The position numbers were made by a program, and so were the translations under genes. A stretch of 64,000 bases of DNA from Camelus dromedarius (taxonomy: Eukaryota). The notes under the pieces were generated by a model. The model was not told the DNA's origin. It was given only the letters and a program-made list of their open reading frames with translations, and did no database searches. Of the stretch, positions 44,501 through 57,989 are shown piece after piece. Each line of letters opens with the position of its first letter. Position 1 is the first letter of the stretch. The stretch spans positions 59,274,001 through 59,338,000 of the forward strand of contig NC_087437.1 in assembly GCF_036321535.1 (NCBI RefSeq), in the 5' to 3' direction.

Positions 44501-46545
44501 AAGAAGACATGCAATAAACACAAAACAAATGATAATGAGGGGAAGACAGGTGTATTACTCCCTCTATAAAGATTACTCCCAAATTCACAATCACCTGAGA
44601 CTAGAATTTAGGGAACTTACAATGTTGTAGAACAAGTGACAATTAAAGAGCACATGATCCTATCAGAGAACAAGATGAAGTAAAGTAGGAAATTATGTGG
44701 TGAAACATTACTTTCCCATTAAACCAGCACAAAGAAAAAATATAAGGAGAACCTTTATACATGGCTGTAAGAGTGACTCTGTACTAGCTTTGTGAGAAAC
44801 CAACTGACAGTATATGAAAATTTAAATCTGCCACATACTTCGCACTCTTTGATCCAACAATCCCAAATAGAAATCCATGTCACATGTGCCTATATCCAAG
44901 TCTCTAATAACTTGTTTGACATTTCAATCAGCAATTTAAAAGATGGTCTTTGAAATCTAAACATTCATTAATTCTAACACTCATACTTTCCACATTTTAG
45001 CATAGTTAAAATCAGGATGCAGCTTAGATGAAACCTTACTGCTGCAGTTGGTGGTGAGGCAGTGGTCAATGCTCAAAGCTGGTGTCAACTGTTCATAGCA
45101 TCATCATTTCAGTCGAGGAAAGTGCACTGTTGGCAGACAATGCTGAGTTTAAATCGATGACTAAAAGTATTCAAAAGTATTACACTGGAGTTGAATATTG
45201 AAACAAAAAGTAATCATTTGCACACACACACAAAAGATCAAAACAGAGAAGCAGAGTGGAAAGAAAGGACTAGGATGAGGAGGGGTGGGGGAATAGGAAA
45301 GAGCAGAGAAGACAAAAAACAAGACGGAAGAACAGGAGGATTTTCCAGAGAATTATACTTCTAAGTCTTCAGCATGTTAAGGAGTCACACGGAGACTCCA
45401 GAGATACTTACTCATCTTTCTTATTAACAACAAAACTCAAAATAATTTTTCTTCATTAACTCAGCATAGTTCACTTCCGGATTACTGTATTACATGTGCA
45501 AGAAAACAAAATTGCTTTTACTCATGATCTATATACTACAGCATGGCTCACAGTTCATTCTTCCAAATGTTATGAAGACCCAACCGTAAAGAAGCACAAA
45601 ATCACCAGAAAACCATTCTACACAAAAAGTACAATCCTGCAAATTTACAACTTTAACTGACAGGCACTTGGATCAGCTTTTTAAAATTATGTGGATTTGT
45701 CTTTTTCCACTTTACTCCTTTTTCCCCAATTTGAGACCTACCCATGTTGACTCAGCATAAAAAGGAAGTACAAAGCCCTTAACATCTACATTTAACAAAT
45801 ATCTCAATAATACAGCACTTCAAATTGTTGTGGAAGAGGATACTGGCCTTATTCATGGTACAACCATCATAGAAACCTAAATGTCCTCCTTTCCTATGGT
45901 CATTCTGTAATCCACTATCCAGGATTAAAAAATAATAATAATAATCAATGTATTTGGGTACAATGTCAACCACAATAATAGTAACTGATATTTGTACAGG
46001 GATTTTTAGTTGACTAAATACTTCTACTAGCATTATCTACTTTATTTAGTCAAGCGTGGAGTGACATGCGGGCAGCATAATCTGTTTTCCAAAAATTCAT
46101 CTGAAATAAAATGTATTTGAAATATACACTGTCATAAGGAAAACAGTGACCAGGTTCCCAAGACAGCCCACAAATGACCTTTTTACCTCCCACAGTTCTG
46201 CTGAATTCTACTTCCTATTCCATTAGCCTGGGCCATGGGGCAGGTAGCCAGGTTACCAAGCCTTTATTTCCTCTGCCCACTTCTTAATTATTAATACTCT
46301 CCAGGCGTCTCTCTTTGTAACAGTATCACGGGCAAAGAGTGGGCACTACTGGCCCATCTACAGTGGCAACTACCAATCAGTATTTTCAACACTGATCTCT
46401 CATGAGCTCCAGTCCCACAGATTCAAAAGTCTACTATCCATGTTTGCAAACAGCTAACATTCAATAGGTTCATTTCATCTTTCGTCCAAACATCTTTCTT
46501 CTTACCACCGCCACTATCAACTCCCTCTATTCCTTTAAAGAACAG

Positions 46546-46678
46546 TAGCTTATGGGGAAAAAGAATACGAAAATGAATACATGTACATTCATGTACGACT
46601 GAAGCATTGTGCTGTACGCCAGAAATTGACACAACATTGTAAACTGACTATACCTCAATAAAATAAAATTTAAAAAAA
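46546..46678 (+). mobile_element. 5'-truncated artiodactyl-type L1 3' end
   Basis: ...GCTGTACGCCAGAAATTGACACAACATTGTAAACTGACTATACCTCAATAAAA plus A tail; homologous to the 38577 copy. Confidence 0.75.
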
Positions 46679-46689
46679 GAATAGGATTT

Positions 46690-47470
46690 GCCTAAAAAGC
46701 CATGCCAGGAAATTTGGAAATCATCCTAGACTCCTTCCTATCCCATACCTTCTATATTCAACTGGACACTAAGTCTTATCATTTCTACCTTTCTCAAACC
46801 CATCTCACTGTGCCCTCTCTGCACTGGCACTGCCTCAGCTCAGGTCCTGATCTCCTCTCTAGCCTTCCCATTCAAACCAATACACAAACCAGAGACGACC
46901 ATTTCTCTCTGGTTAAAATCTCAATCGCTTCCTACTGTCTGCAGCAGCATTTCCCAACTGGTAAAAGTCCCTCCAAAATAAAATTTTTTAAGGCATTGCC
47001 TGCCCATATAAATTGAAGAAAAATACTGGATTAAATAAAGTTAAGCAGCCCTCTTACAGAGCAAGACTTTTGAAAAGTCTTAAAACACACACTACTACTA
47101 TGTGTTCCCTACCATGGAAAGTGGGGTGGAAAAGAGCCCCAACTGGGCTCCAAGAACAAGGTCACAACTGATTGGAAGACATAAAATCCTTCAGAATCTG
47201 GCCCTGCCTAGTTGTCAACACCATCTTCCATTCACCAATGGTTACCATTCACCTCTTACAAACCTTACATCGCCATCTATACAGAACACAATTTGCAGTT
47301 CCTAAAAAGGCCCTACTGTTTCCTGATTCCATTCCTTTAAATACGCTGTTCCTTCTGCCAAAAATGCCCTTCCTTTAACTTAGTCTAGCTGAAGAGCTCC
47401 TGCTAGTCCTATCAGACCCTGGTCAACTATCTTCCCCACTGAGCTCTGATTGTCCCTTCCACCCTCCAGC
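46690..47470 (+). mobile_element. L2 fragments
   Basis: CCAGGAAATTTGGAAATCATCCTAGACTCC...; pyrimidine-rich L2 pattern. Confidence 0.5.
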
Positions 47471-48880
47471 ACAGGGCTTCTCCTCACTTTGTCCCTCCTC
47501 TGTATATGTCAGAACACTTGTCCCTCAATATTAGGTTTACAGACGAAAAACTTTAAAAGTTGGGAACCAGACCAGTACCCAGCAACATAGCTGAATGAAC
47601 CAGACAGGGCAAGACAGGGTGTGAGGAAGAGGTAAAATCGTTTCCCTTTTTCTGGGCAAAATTTCACAACAAAGTAAATTTTGATTTTGCCATGCTCCGA
47701 CATCTCGCCCCTATGCCCTGTCGGAATCTCCCAATATCCTCTTCGCAGGTCCTTGTTGACCTCATGTAACCCTATGCAACCTCCACCACAGTACTACGTT
47801 CATTAGCATTAACTAATTCCTCTTTCAATTCATCAAGTTATTCTGTTCAGAGGTTAACACATCAATGAGTCATAAAGCTGACAAATCTCAAAGCTGACAA
47901 ATCTAAAATGAAATCTCTAAGTAACAACAACAGAAAAAGTATGGAGGTGATATGGGGAGTAGGCACTGCAGTCCCACCACTCAGAGAGCACAGGAGTCTT
48001 TCTGACTGGGGTTCCCTGAAGCATCCCCACTTGGTCACTTCATCCACTCCTGCACAGCAGCAGCAGTGAGTGCTACTGGCAGAGACACAGATGGAGCTGC
48101 TGCTGCGGCAATCCTATAGATCCCCACTCTTCTTGGATTGAAAAGCTTTATTTGTTTTAGATACCATCAATGTCAATTTTTCATTATTATGGACAGAAAG
48201 TTTTACCAACAAGCTCACTGATGAACTTGCAACAGTGCCTTTATCCTAACCAAGTAGTATCCTGAAATCTGACCCCAGACCATTGTATGATTTAGAAAAA
48301 GGCAAATTAATTGAGAAAACCAAGATGCTGCCCAGGTACATTTCAAAATATTATCTGTAAATATTAAATTAGCATTCTAGCAAGAATCATCATGGTTTAT
48401 CACTACTTCCTATTTCATAAGAAAAAATCATTTGTTAGAATGTCATTGTCTACATGTGCCAAGTATGTGTTAAATGCTAGAGATTACAAAGATTAAATTT
48501 CTAACCTCAAGAAGCCAAATCTAGGGTAGACAAGTAAGTTAATTACACACATCAAAGTGGCTGTGTGCTGCAGTAAAGTATCATGGGAGCAGAGAGAGAC
48601 ACCAGGAGGAAGGAAGAGGAGGGCAAGGGCCAGAAAAGACTTTAGATAACAGCTGTTCCTTGTTCTAAGACCTGACAGGTGTGAAGTTCATCAAGCAAAC
48701 AAGCAGTCAAGAGGAGAAAAGAAAGAAGAGAAGGATGGAATCCAAGTAGAGGAATTATCATATGCAGAAGTATTAAGGTGAGAAATCTTAGAAAATGTCG
48801 GGAACACAAGTTACTTAAATTGGCTGGAGCACAGGATGGCCTCTGGGGAATGGCGGGAAATGGAGTTTAAAAAGATGGAG

Positions 48881-48972
48881 TGGGGGCAGGGTACAGCTCA
48901 ATGGTAGAGTGCGTGCTTAGCATGCACAAAGTCCTGGGTTCAATCCCTAGTGCCTCCATTAAGTAGGGGGAG
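48881..48972 (+). mobile_element. tRNA-derived SINE, Vic-1-like (short, tail-less copy)
   Basis: GGGGGCAGGGTACAGCTCAATGGTAGAGTGCGTGCTTAGCATGCACAAAGTCCTGGGTTCAATCCC; TSD AAGATGGA at 48872-48879 and 48973-48980. Confidence 0.85.
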
Positions 48973-50449
48973 AAGATGGAACAGAATGAGATTATGATGA
49001 AAGACCTTGTTTGATGTAATAAAGATATGGATTAACTTGTATGTGATGGAGATTCTGAACTTTTCTCAACTGAAAGAGATCCAAGGCCATGCCAAGGGAC
49101 CACATTCCCAAAGAATACAATGGGAACGGTGTGCAATGCAGCAGTGTTCACCTGCTAGACTGTCTATCTCTGAGAAGGCAGAACTCACTCACCAATGTAT
49201 ACCCAGCATTTAGCCCTGTGCTTGGCAAAGACAGGAACTAAAGAAGTGTTGAACAGATGTGCTAACACAATCTTAGGGCATAACCAAGAGGCCCTAACCC
49301 AGCTTCCTTCCTTACTGTCTTCTGCACTACAATAACTGCTAATCACCACAACTTTTAAAGGAACATGGGAAACGGTCATTCACTATGGACTGCACTAGAG
49401 ATGAGAAAAGATTTGGGGAAAAAAACACATTAAGATGCTTTTGAACCGGACAAAATTATGCAGTTTTCTATTTTTCTCACCAAAAACTGAACAGAAAACA
49501 ACCATGAATTAGCTAAAAATTATTCACCAACTGACTCTGAGAGTAGTGATAACCATAAAAAGCATATTTTCATATCAAAAGGACCCATGAAATAAAAATC
49601 TACTTTAACAAGTTGCTAGGTTAGTCTAGTCTTTCAAATAATTAAGTGCTACTTAGACTACTTGCCTGTGTACTTTACATTTTACTTAGTAAGCTGAATT
49701 GTATCATTATAATTAGCATGTAAATAAGAACTCCATCTTGGGTACTTGGGAAAATAATAAGGAAAAAAGTTTTAAAGATAAACATAGGTAATCATGGAAC
49801 AAAAAGAAATTATATATGATCTTAGAAAACTGATAAGAAACTAAAGTATAATCTAGAGATTGATGAAAAATCTTTGGTCTATGAAGAACTAGTGACTCAC
49901 ATTTAAAGAAATCAATCCAAAGGCCACAGAATTAAAATAGTTTCAAGTCTTCTTTTCAAAGAAAAGATGTAGACACATCTCACTAATCAGAATTTCTAAA
50001 TGAAAATAAGGGAACATGAAATCCTACTAAATAAACATAATTAAACAGATTTTTAAATTTTATAATGCAGCCAGGGAGACAGACAACAAGTTAACAGTTA
50101 CACAGAGGATCAGTAACACAGAGGACAGGGGAAGAAAAAGACTGCAAACATGCCCAGAGACACAAAGAGAAAGATAGAAATATACATTAAAAGTACATTA
50201 GCGATACATGAAATTAGCATCTTGAACTTTTTAGGATGTTGCTAAAGATGCAAAATCATGGTATTTTTGTTATGAAAAGCCTGAATTTAATAGTATGTCA
50301 TTGTTGCCTATTGTTTCAGTTTTTTAAAAAAGCAATCCTCAATCACACTCCACACACTTTCTCTCATGACACACACATACACACACAAGTGCAACTTCTT
50401 TTGAATGTGTTAAATGTTATTAAACTAACAAATAATAGTAAGTTACCGA

Positions 50450-50630
50450 CTTCTGAGCCTCTTACCCTCACAACTCTCTAAGGTAGGTTTTAGTACCTCC
50501 ATTCAGCAAATGAAGAAACTAAAAAAGGTTAAGTACTTGACCCAGACTACAGAGCTAGTAAATGAAGAGGCTGAAATTCAAAATCACTTGTACATGGCTC
50601 TGAGGCCACGTTTTAACCCATACACCATGC
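50450..50630 (-). mobile_element. MIR SINE
   Basis: AATGAAGAAACT...GGTTAAGTACTTGACCCAG...CAGAGCTAGTAAATG. Confidence 0.65.
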
Positions 50631-53600
50631 CCTCTCCCACGGCATATGACTTAAATTTTTAACCACCATAACATTTCTTTATCAAGACCAGTGTTTTCTT
50701 ACCATTGCTACCCGCAGAGTGATGTTGGAGTTCATATACTTTAAATTTCATGGAAAACATGAACAGCTTACTTAGTTGTTTTAAAATAATGCAGGTCTTG
50801 CTAGCAGTAAGGAAGACATTAACTCTCAAAGATACGGAAAGTAGGTGAGTATCAACCCAGAATTATAAAAATTACCAACAGTGCCCCAATAATCCCAACT
50901 TTATTACTTAGCCCTTTAATTATGCTAGGTTCTTTGTGTGATATAAAACAGCCAGTATAACCCTAGAGATAGCAGATTTTCAAACACCTAATTTCTTTCT
51001 TCATTATTCACATTATGGAATCACATCATCTGTGGACTTAATTACATCAATTCAACTATCTGTGTGCCATAAGAAAAAAAAAAAAGAGAAAAAAATACTC
51101 TAAATACTGGTGGCAGGACACCCACCCTTACATCCCTATTGCAGAGAGAGCATGCCATGGAGACTAAACCTGCTGTCCTTGGTCAATCTAAAGTCCTATT
51201 CATGGGTCAAAATATATGTCACATAACCAATTATGATTCCAGCTCACCAAAAAAGTAACTTGTTCTAAAAGCTGGAGGAAAAACTTGTTGTGAGAATTGA
51301 AAAACAATGTCAGTTAATCAAGTTTCAAACTGGTGAAATTTCTCCAGGTAATTCTGACTACACAAGATTTTTTTTTTACCTTACATAAGAGTTTAGGCCT
51401 AAAGCCCCCACATAAAAGGGGATTTCACTTTACTCAGCTCTTTAGATCAGAAGGAATTAGGAACCAAAACCTTTTTCTTTTATATATCAAAGTATGTCAC
51501 TAACATATTTTTCGGCCTATTTCACAATAGGAAAAATAGAGCAACAGGGATCCTATAAAGAAGCCACGCCAGACACACATGTGGAAGCTGTTTCATGATT
51601 TATTTTAAAATAAACTAAAAATGTAACAGAAGTCTGTCAAGTGATCAAAAGCAATCCTTAAAAGTTGGTTCTCAACAGGAAAAAAAAAAGCACAAAACAT
51701 AGAGTTTTGAGATGTGCCATTACTACAGCATATGAAGACGAGGGTGAGAAGACCCCCCAGCTACGACAAAGCTTCTCCTTCACTCATATGCTGGCACTTA
51801 CCTCTCCAGACATCAGTTTTCTTTTTCTGTAAAAAGAAGGGGCTAGTCTAAATAACCTACAACCACTCAGCATTATTATTTCCCAATCTCATACCTCCCT
51901 ATTTTTATGTCCAACTCACAAATTCCTTTGTGGAAAAAAAAAGAAAAACTTAAAATAGGAGTCAATTCATCTAGCCTGCTATCAGTGAGGTAGAACTCTC
52001 TTTCACCCCACCACCCGACAGATATAAATGCTTTATTAAAAATTTCTGAGAAAAATTTTACAGACATCAGCAAGGTCCACATCATATAATCAGGAGATTC
52101 TACTTTACACAGTTAATTCACTTTAACCAGAATTTTATTTCTTACCTAACTAGTACCTGAGTGTCAACAGATCATTGAAAAGGAAGTTCCACAGCAAGTA
52201 AGTGGGAAAGTCAACAGGAGAGAAATTTTGATTAAGAGATTAATTATAACTCACTTCATTCACCCCATCTCATATACAAAAAATAGACTTCAAACAGTGT
52301 ATTTCTTCCTGCATTCTCAGCTCATCCTAGTGTGTGCGGCCTTTGGTGATAGGACGAGATAAAGATGCATTTTCACCTGGAACTTCCAAAGTAGCATGCC
52401 TTGGGGGACTCCGTTTCGTAAGTCTATATGGCCTCTTCCCTCAGGGGGACACCGTGTGGTACAGAAGTCCTTTTTTAGTTTGGGCAGTCTCCAAGTTTGC
52501 TATCTGACTTAACGTTTTACCATCTCAGGCATAGCAAAGGCCCTAACATGAGCCTTTAGGGTTAAGATGTTAGGAGGTCTGCTGCTGGGACAGTTCTCTC
52601 TGGAGAGTGGTCTATGGACACTTTTTAACAATCCCCATCCTCAACTTTCCTCAGTCTCAGACATTTGATTATTTGGACAGCTCTTCCTTTCCTTCATTCC
52701 ACTTTTCTGCCTTTTTACTGATGATAAAAAAAAAAACATTTTTAATTCACAATTATAACAGTGATTGTTTTTCCCAACTACCATTTATTCATGACATTTC
52801 ACATTACCTCTATTTTTAATCTTACTAATACAAATGTTTTTAACTCTAAGTTTTGTAATTACTAGTTACCATTAACTTCAGGATATTCTTCTGCCTTATG
52901 ATATGCACTTTTCTCCAGGTTAAATAAGCCTAGAACCTTTTACTTTTTAACCTAAATCTTAAAATATGTGGCCCAATTCTGATCCTCTCTTATTTCTCTA
53001 CTCTCAAAATATGAAGATCAACAAAGTTCAAGACTCTAATGATAATTCCTTGCTTCTTGCATATTGTTTGGACTAGTTAAGTAGATTAATTAGAATACAG
53101 TTTTGATGGCTACAGATTTACTCTTCTCCAACAGGCCAATTGGCTTCATATCACACAAACTCCGTTCCAAAACCAAAGACTAAATCCCATCAGCTAACTC
53201 CTAGATCCAGATTCAACAAGATGAGCTATACAGCACGTTCAGAATACAGTATCACTGAAACAAACCTTCTGGTTATGTATCAGAGAGATGTCAGACACCA
53301 GATTATCTTCTTTTAGTATACTACCACGAGCTGTTTTAAGAATGTTGTCTTTAACAAACAACAAGCTGCTAACTCCTATTCAACTTGGGGTGCATTCACA
53401 AGGTCTACTGCTTAGGTTGCCAAGTATACCAGTGAACAGAAGCCCAGATTTAGATAAACCAAGTGACCAATACCATTTTGAAATTACATTCTGTCTTCTA
53501 AGATTTTAGAAATTACAACCACCACCTTGTTGTGATTCACAAGTATGAACTTCCTATTTCTACCATCACCTAGACCAGTGGGAAAAAAATACGGAATAAA

Positions 53601-53889
53601 GACAAAGTCCCACAGGATGTCCCATATCATTGCCCATCTCCTAGGACTGCTATCAATTTTAGCAATAAAGTATATTCACATTTTAAAACCTTACATTCAC
53701 AATGGTTACAAAACCACCACGCTAAACGAGCACAGCCCGATTTGGTATAAAGAACGGAAGGGGGAAAGCAACTATTTACTATGTACAGAAGAGTGCTCCT
53801 TTCTTTACACGGGCTCTCAGCTAATCCTCAAAACTCTGAGCTAAGTGTTAAAATTCTCCTTTGTTAATTATAAAAAAAAAAAAAAGAAG

Positions 53890-54215
53890 AAGAACAGGGA
53901 AGTTAAGCAACTTACAGTATAGACAGCCAGAGTCCTAGCGCTCATTTACCATATGTGACGTAGAAGTTTCTGTTTCTAGGCTTACTTGGTTAGCTCTATG
54001 TGACTCTGCACAACTTAGTATTTCTAACTTCAGTTTCCCCACCTGTAAAATGGGGCTTAAATGAGGTAATTCAGGTCATGTTTACTTCAAAACTTAGTAT
54101 ACAGTAAGATTACTCAATAACTATTATCATTGATCAAAGTCAAATAGCTACTAAAAAAAAGTCAGAAATCAAACTCAGGTCTGATTCCCCAGTTCATGCT
54201 TTTTCTGCTACAATG
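53890..54215. mobile_element. MIR fragments in both orientations
   Basis: CTTCAGTTTCCCCACCTGTAAAATGGGG core. Confidence 0.55.
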
Positions 54216-55372
54216 TGCTGTAGCTGCAAACACATTATTATCCACATAAGAATCCATACTGGGAATATAACATAGATGGGGAACTGATGTTACCTAAATG
54301 AAATAACTATTAAGGGCTAACTAGACCAACAGAAGTATTTTAGCTCTAACATCTAATAAGGAGAACCAAGTAGAAAACTCATCAGAAAATACTGTTTAGA
54401 TATTCAGGTTATAGAGTTCTGTTCTAATCACTATGAAACTACTTCCTTATCTATATAGGAATTTACCCTATTTATCGCAAACCAGTTGTAAATTAAAATC
54501 TTAATAACCAGAGCTACCCCAAATAAGGCTCCCTGGTTGGCCTAGACAAAGAATTCCTCTTTCCTACTACATAACTGAACACTAAGTCAAATTGAGGCCT
54601 GTCAGCTTTCTTATCAAAATAAACCGCTACTTAATATTTTTACTTATTTATAACGGTACTACTTGTAAGTTAAAGCAATTAGTGTCATCATTTTTTCCTA
54701 CCCAATAACCTAACCTTCCAAAATCGCACTTAGCTGTCTCACCCTCACCTGATCTAATAGAGGATAATGCAAAACAAGGATAGTAGCAAAAATAAACTTC
54801 CATAACAATATTAACAATAGGCTGACTATTTCAAGCAATTCTCAGAAACTGATCTGCCTTTAAAAAGGGTCGCTAAACCAGAATGGGATGCCCACATACA
54901 TTTATTTTGGCAACTGTAGCCTATTCAGCAATGCAACAATCCTCCGAAGAAAAGAAAACCACATATGTTCCAGTGAAACAAAATGAATACATGTGCCTTG
55001 GTAAAGAGGCTGAATTCTAAGCAAAGGTAGAGAACTTTTAACTAAGTAATAACCCTTCAAAAGACAGTCCAATCAGAACATCTTCACTTGAGCAACAAAG
55101 CCTTTAGAAAGTGTTCATTTTACAATAATCTTTCACATTCCTGCACTTCTTAGATTTTTTTTTTAATTATAACTTCCTGACTCATGGATCTAAAATAGTC
55201 ATTACATACACAAATGTTCTACTCATTTAGCTTGGAATCATGTGTAGGAAACACAGATTTCTGCTTCTAGGTTTACGACTCCATACTCATTCATTTTGCA
55301 CTAATATAACCAACAAATATAGCTCTAAGACACTGATGATTAAAAGTAGTTAATTATGTGAGTGATTCATAC

Positions 55373-55418
55373 CTCCTATGTCCAGACACCAAGATTCAAG
55401 GATGTTTCTGTCAGATCT
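55373..55418 (-). other. ATP13A3: Candidate 46-nt non-coding exon 2 of ATP13A3
   Basis: Acceptor TTTCTTCTTCCCAG| with good pyrimidine tract and donor GAG|GTATGA, about 750 nt downstream of exon 1. Confidence 0.7.
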
Positions 55419-55879
55419 CTGGGAAGAAGAAATGATAAACACCTGTCACAAAAGCTTTTCAAATTGGGAAACTCTTAAGTATTACTGTCAATCCCCAGAT
55501 TCCCTCGAGTCCCCCTCCAAACAAAGTCACATATTCACCAGAAACTAACTTTGCGAATGGAGCGGAGAGAAGGAAAGTGGCCTTGGAAGTATTGGAGAAA
55601 AGGACCATGGGTTCTAGTCCTCACTATCGGAATCAAAGTGAGAGGCCTTAAGCAAGTCTTAAGTCACTTTTCGTCTTGACCTCACTCAGCTCAATGCGGT
55701 GACTGGCAAGGAGCTCTACTACTCCGTGACTAAGGACGAACTCAAGATTCCTTCAGTCAGCACCCGCACAAACCCATCAAACGCCCTGCCAATTACCACT
55801 ACCTTCGACCTCACCATCTCCTGGACTTTCTAAAAGGGCTGGACCACCATCCCACTCCCAAACTCCAACACACACTCGT

Positions 55880-57800
55880 AGTCCCCTCAAGCGGCGTATC
55901 CCAATCAGGCCTTCACATTCACAACGTGAAGCCTTCCTTCTCGCCTCACCTGTCCCAGACGGACATTCCGCAGTCTCAGCGGTCCCCTCCCCACACACCT
56001 TCCCCGAGAAGTGATGCCCAATCCCATCCCGAGGAGGCTCACCTGGTACCGCTACCCCCGACAGTATCATTCACCTCCTCCAAGCTCCCCCATCACCACC
56101 ACCCACCGACTCCACGCCCCGCTCACCCTTCCCTCCTGTGCCCGGGGGAACCCGGCGCCACTTACCAGGCGCCACCGCGCCGTCTCCTCGGCGGCCTCCC
56201 GGCTGGAGCAGCCGAGGGACCACGGGGGGCCGGGGCCCGGGTCCGCAGCTGTTGCCGCCGCCGCCTCGCCTCAGCCCAGCCCCATTGCCCTCGGCCGGCG
56301 CCGGCGGCCGCGGGTCGCTCGGGCTCGAGGCGCCGCCGCCGCCGCGCGCTGCGGCTCGGGGTGAGGGGAGGGAGGCGCCGCGGCGGAGCCCGGGCCGAGC
56401 CGGGCGCAGGGGCGTCCGCGCTCTCCTGCTTGGCGCCCGCGGCGGCGGTACGCAGCCGAAGCAGGGCGAGAACAAGGGCGGGCGGCAGGGGGAAGCAGGC
56501 AGGGGAGAGGGGCGGTCTGCACTCCGAAACGGCCTCCAGCCGTCAGCAACGTAGCAGACCCCCTCCCCTCCGCGGTGGCGCCTGGATCGAGCTGCGGGTA
56601 GAGGCAGCGGGAGAGTGGAGGAGCGCGCGCAGCGAGCTCGGGACTCCCGCGCCGGATGTGAGCTCACGTGATTGCCTCATCCCGCGCCGAGGGCGGAGGG
56701 GAGCAGAGGGGACGACGGGAGGGGCGGGGCCGGCGGAGTGGGCGGGTCCATGGTCGGGCCGCGCCCACCTCCTCCCCTTTAGCACCCGCCCTCTCCGGCA
56801 GGAGTGGAAAAGAAAGGGTGAGGGAGGGCACTACAGAAGAGCTGTATGTTGGGAAGAGGGTGTCAATAAAGAAGGACAGCATTTTTTATGGGCAGGAGGA
56901 GGTGGAATTTGCCATCCTGGTCCGGCAAAGACCAGATCATAGTCCAAATCCCCATTTTATGAACGGGGAAGCTGAGTCCCAGAGAAGGGCCTAGCCTAAC
57001 TTGGCCAGGGCCAAGATCACGGGGGAAGCTCGTACTTGAAGGATAGGAAGCGAAATCCTGGCCCCAATACAGGTCCTTTTCATTCCTTAGCAGCACCCTT
57101 CCCTCTCCCAAAACAAAACACCATAATTCGCTTTTAACAACCAACTTTGTGCGCCCTGCCTAGGCGGAGGACTAGGGGAAGGCGTACCCAAGAGAAAGCT
57201 CCCACGAGCCACTCCACCGCCATCAGCTGTAAGGAGTTTCCTCTGACAGCGCTGGATGCAAATTAAATACTTCCCAGAAGATTTATCTCCGAGCAAGGCC
57301 CCGGCCAGATGTAGAAATCGCAAATTTGGTTTTCTTGGTGTCCCTTTCGGGGACGCGCCCGGGGACCGCGCTCAGCCACCTGCTGCCTGCGGCTCCCGCC
57401 ATCTTTCTGCCCTGAGTCCACCTCGCCCGCGGCTTTGAGGCCCGGCCATCACTGTTAGGGTCGTCCACCTTACCGCTAACAGAACTCTCAGCTGCTTGAG
57501 CTCTTGTAAGAAGGAGGCGCAAGACCTCTGGTGCACCGCACTTAGGCACACTTCGCCGGGGACGAGGAGCATTCAGGCTCTGGTTCACAACACAAGATGA
57601 CACTTGAAGGGAGAGGCTGTCACACTTGGTCCGCGACAGGTGGTGACACCTCAGCTGGGGCAGCACAGAACCCTAAGTCCACAGCACCAGTGTCACCTAA
57701 CCAGGAGCCAGGAACGCATTGCTCCTGGTGTTCTAGGTTGTGCGACGCTGAACGGTTTCCGCGCACTTCCTCGCACCTCGGCGTGGACCAGTCATTGGGC
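55880..57800. promoter_or_regulatory. CpG island / ATP13A3 promoter
   Basis: Very GC- and CpG-rich against an AT-rich background; GC box GGGGCGGGGC at 56721-56730, palindromic E-box TCACGTGA at 56664-56671, ETS-like CCGGATGT at 56652-56659, YY1-like CCGCCATCTT at 57396-57405. Confidence 0.9.
56166..56560 (-). other. ATP13A3: Non-coding first exon of ATP13A3 (5' end/TSS approximate)
   Basis: Consensus donor CTG|GTAAGT at 56165 inside the CpG island; GC-rich leader with GGC/GCG runs. Confidence 0.75.
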
Positions 57801-57989
57801 GAGATGGATCTACAGCTCTGTTCTTACTCCTGGGCTCAATCTCAGCGTCTGTTCCCACCCTCACGGTGTTAAAAAGATTAAATGAGATAAGGATTGTGGA
57901 AGTTTTGAGCAAACTGTAAGAAGATGTCTCAGGGGGGTTGAACCCTGAAAGCCTCCTTGCCTACTTCTCCAGCTCCTTGGCTCCTGGCT

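Noticed and set aside
48055..48108. GCAGCAGC...GCTGCTGC inverted repeat, and TCCGACA...TGTCGGA near 47696-47726
   Set aside because: Short or low-complexity stems; not enough for a miRNA or ncRNA call
55926..56994. Long overlapping ORFs (338, 198, 138 aa and others) over the CpG island
   Set aside because: Low-complexity Arg/Pro/Gly/Ala translations expected from stop-poor GC-rich DNA; no recognisable domain
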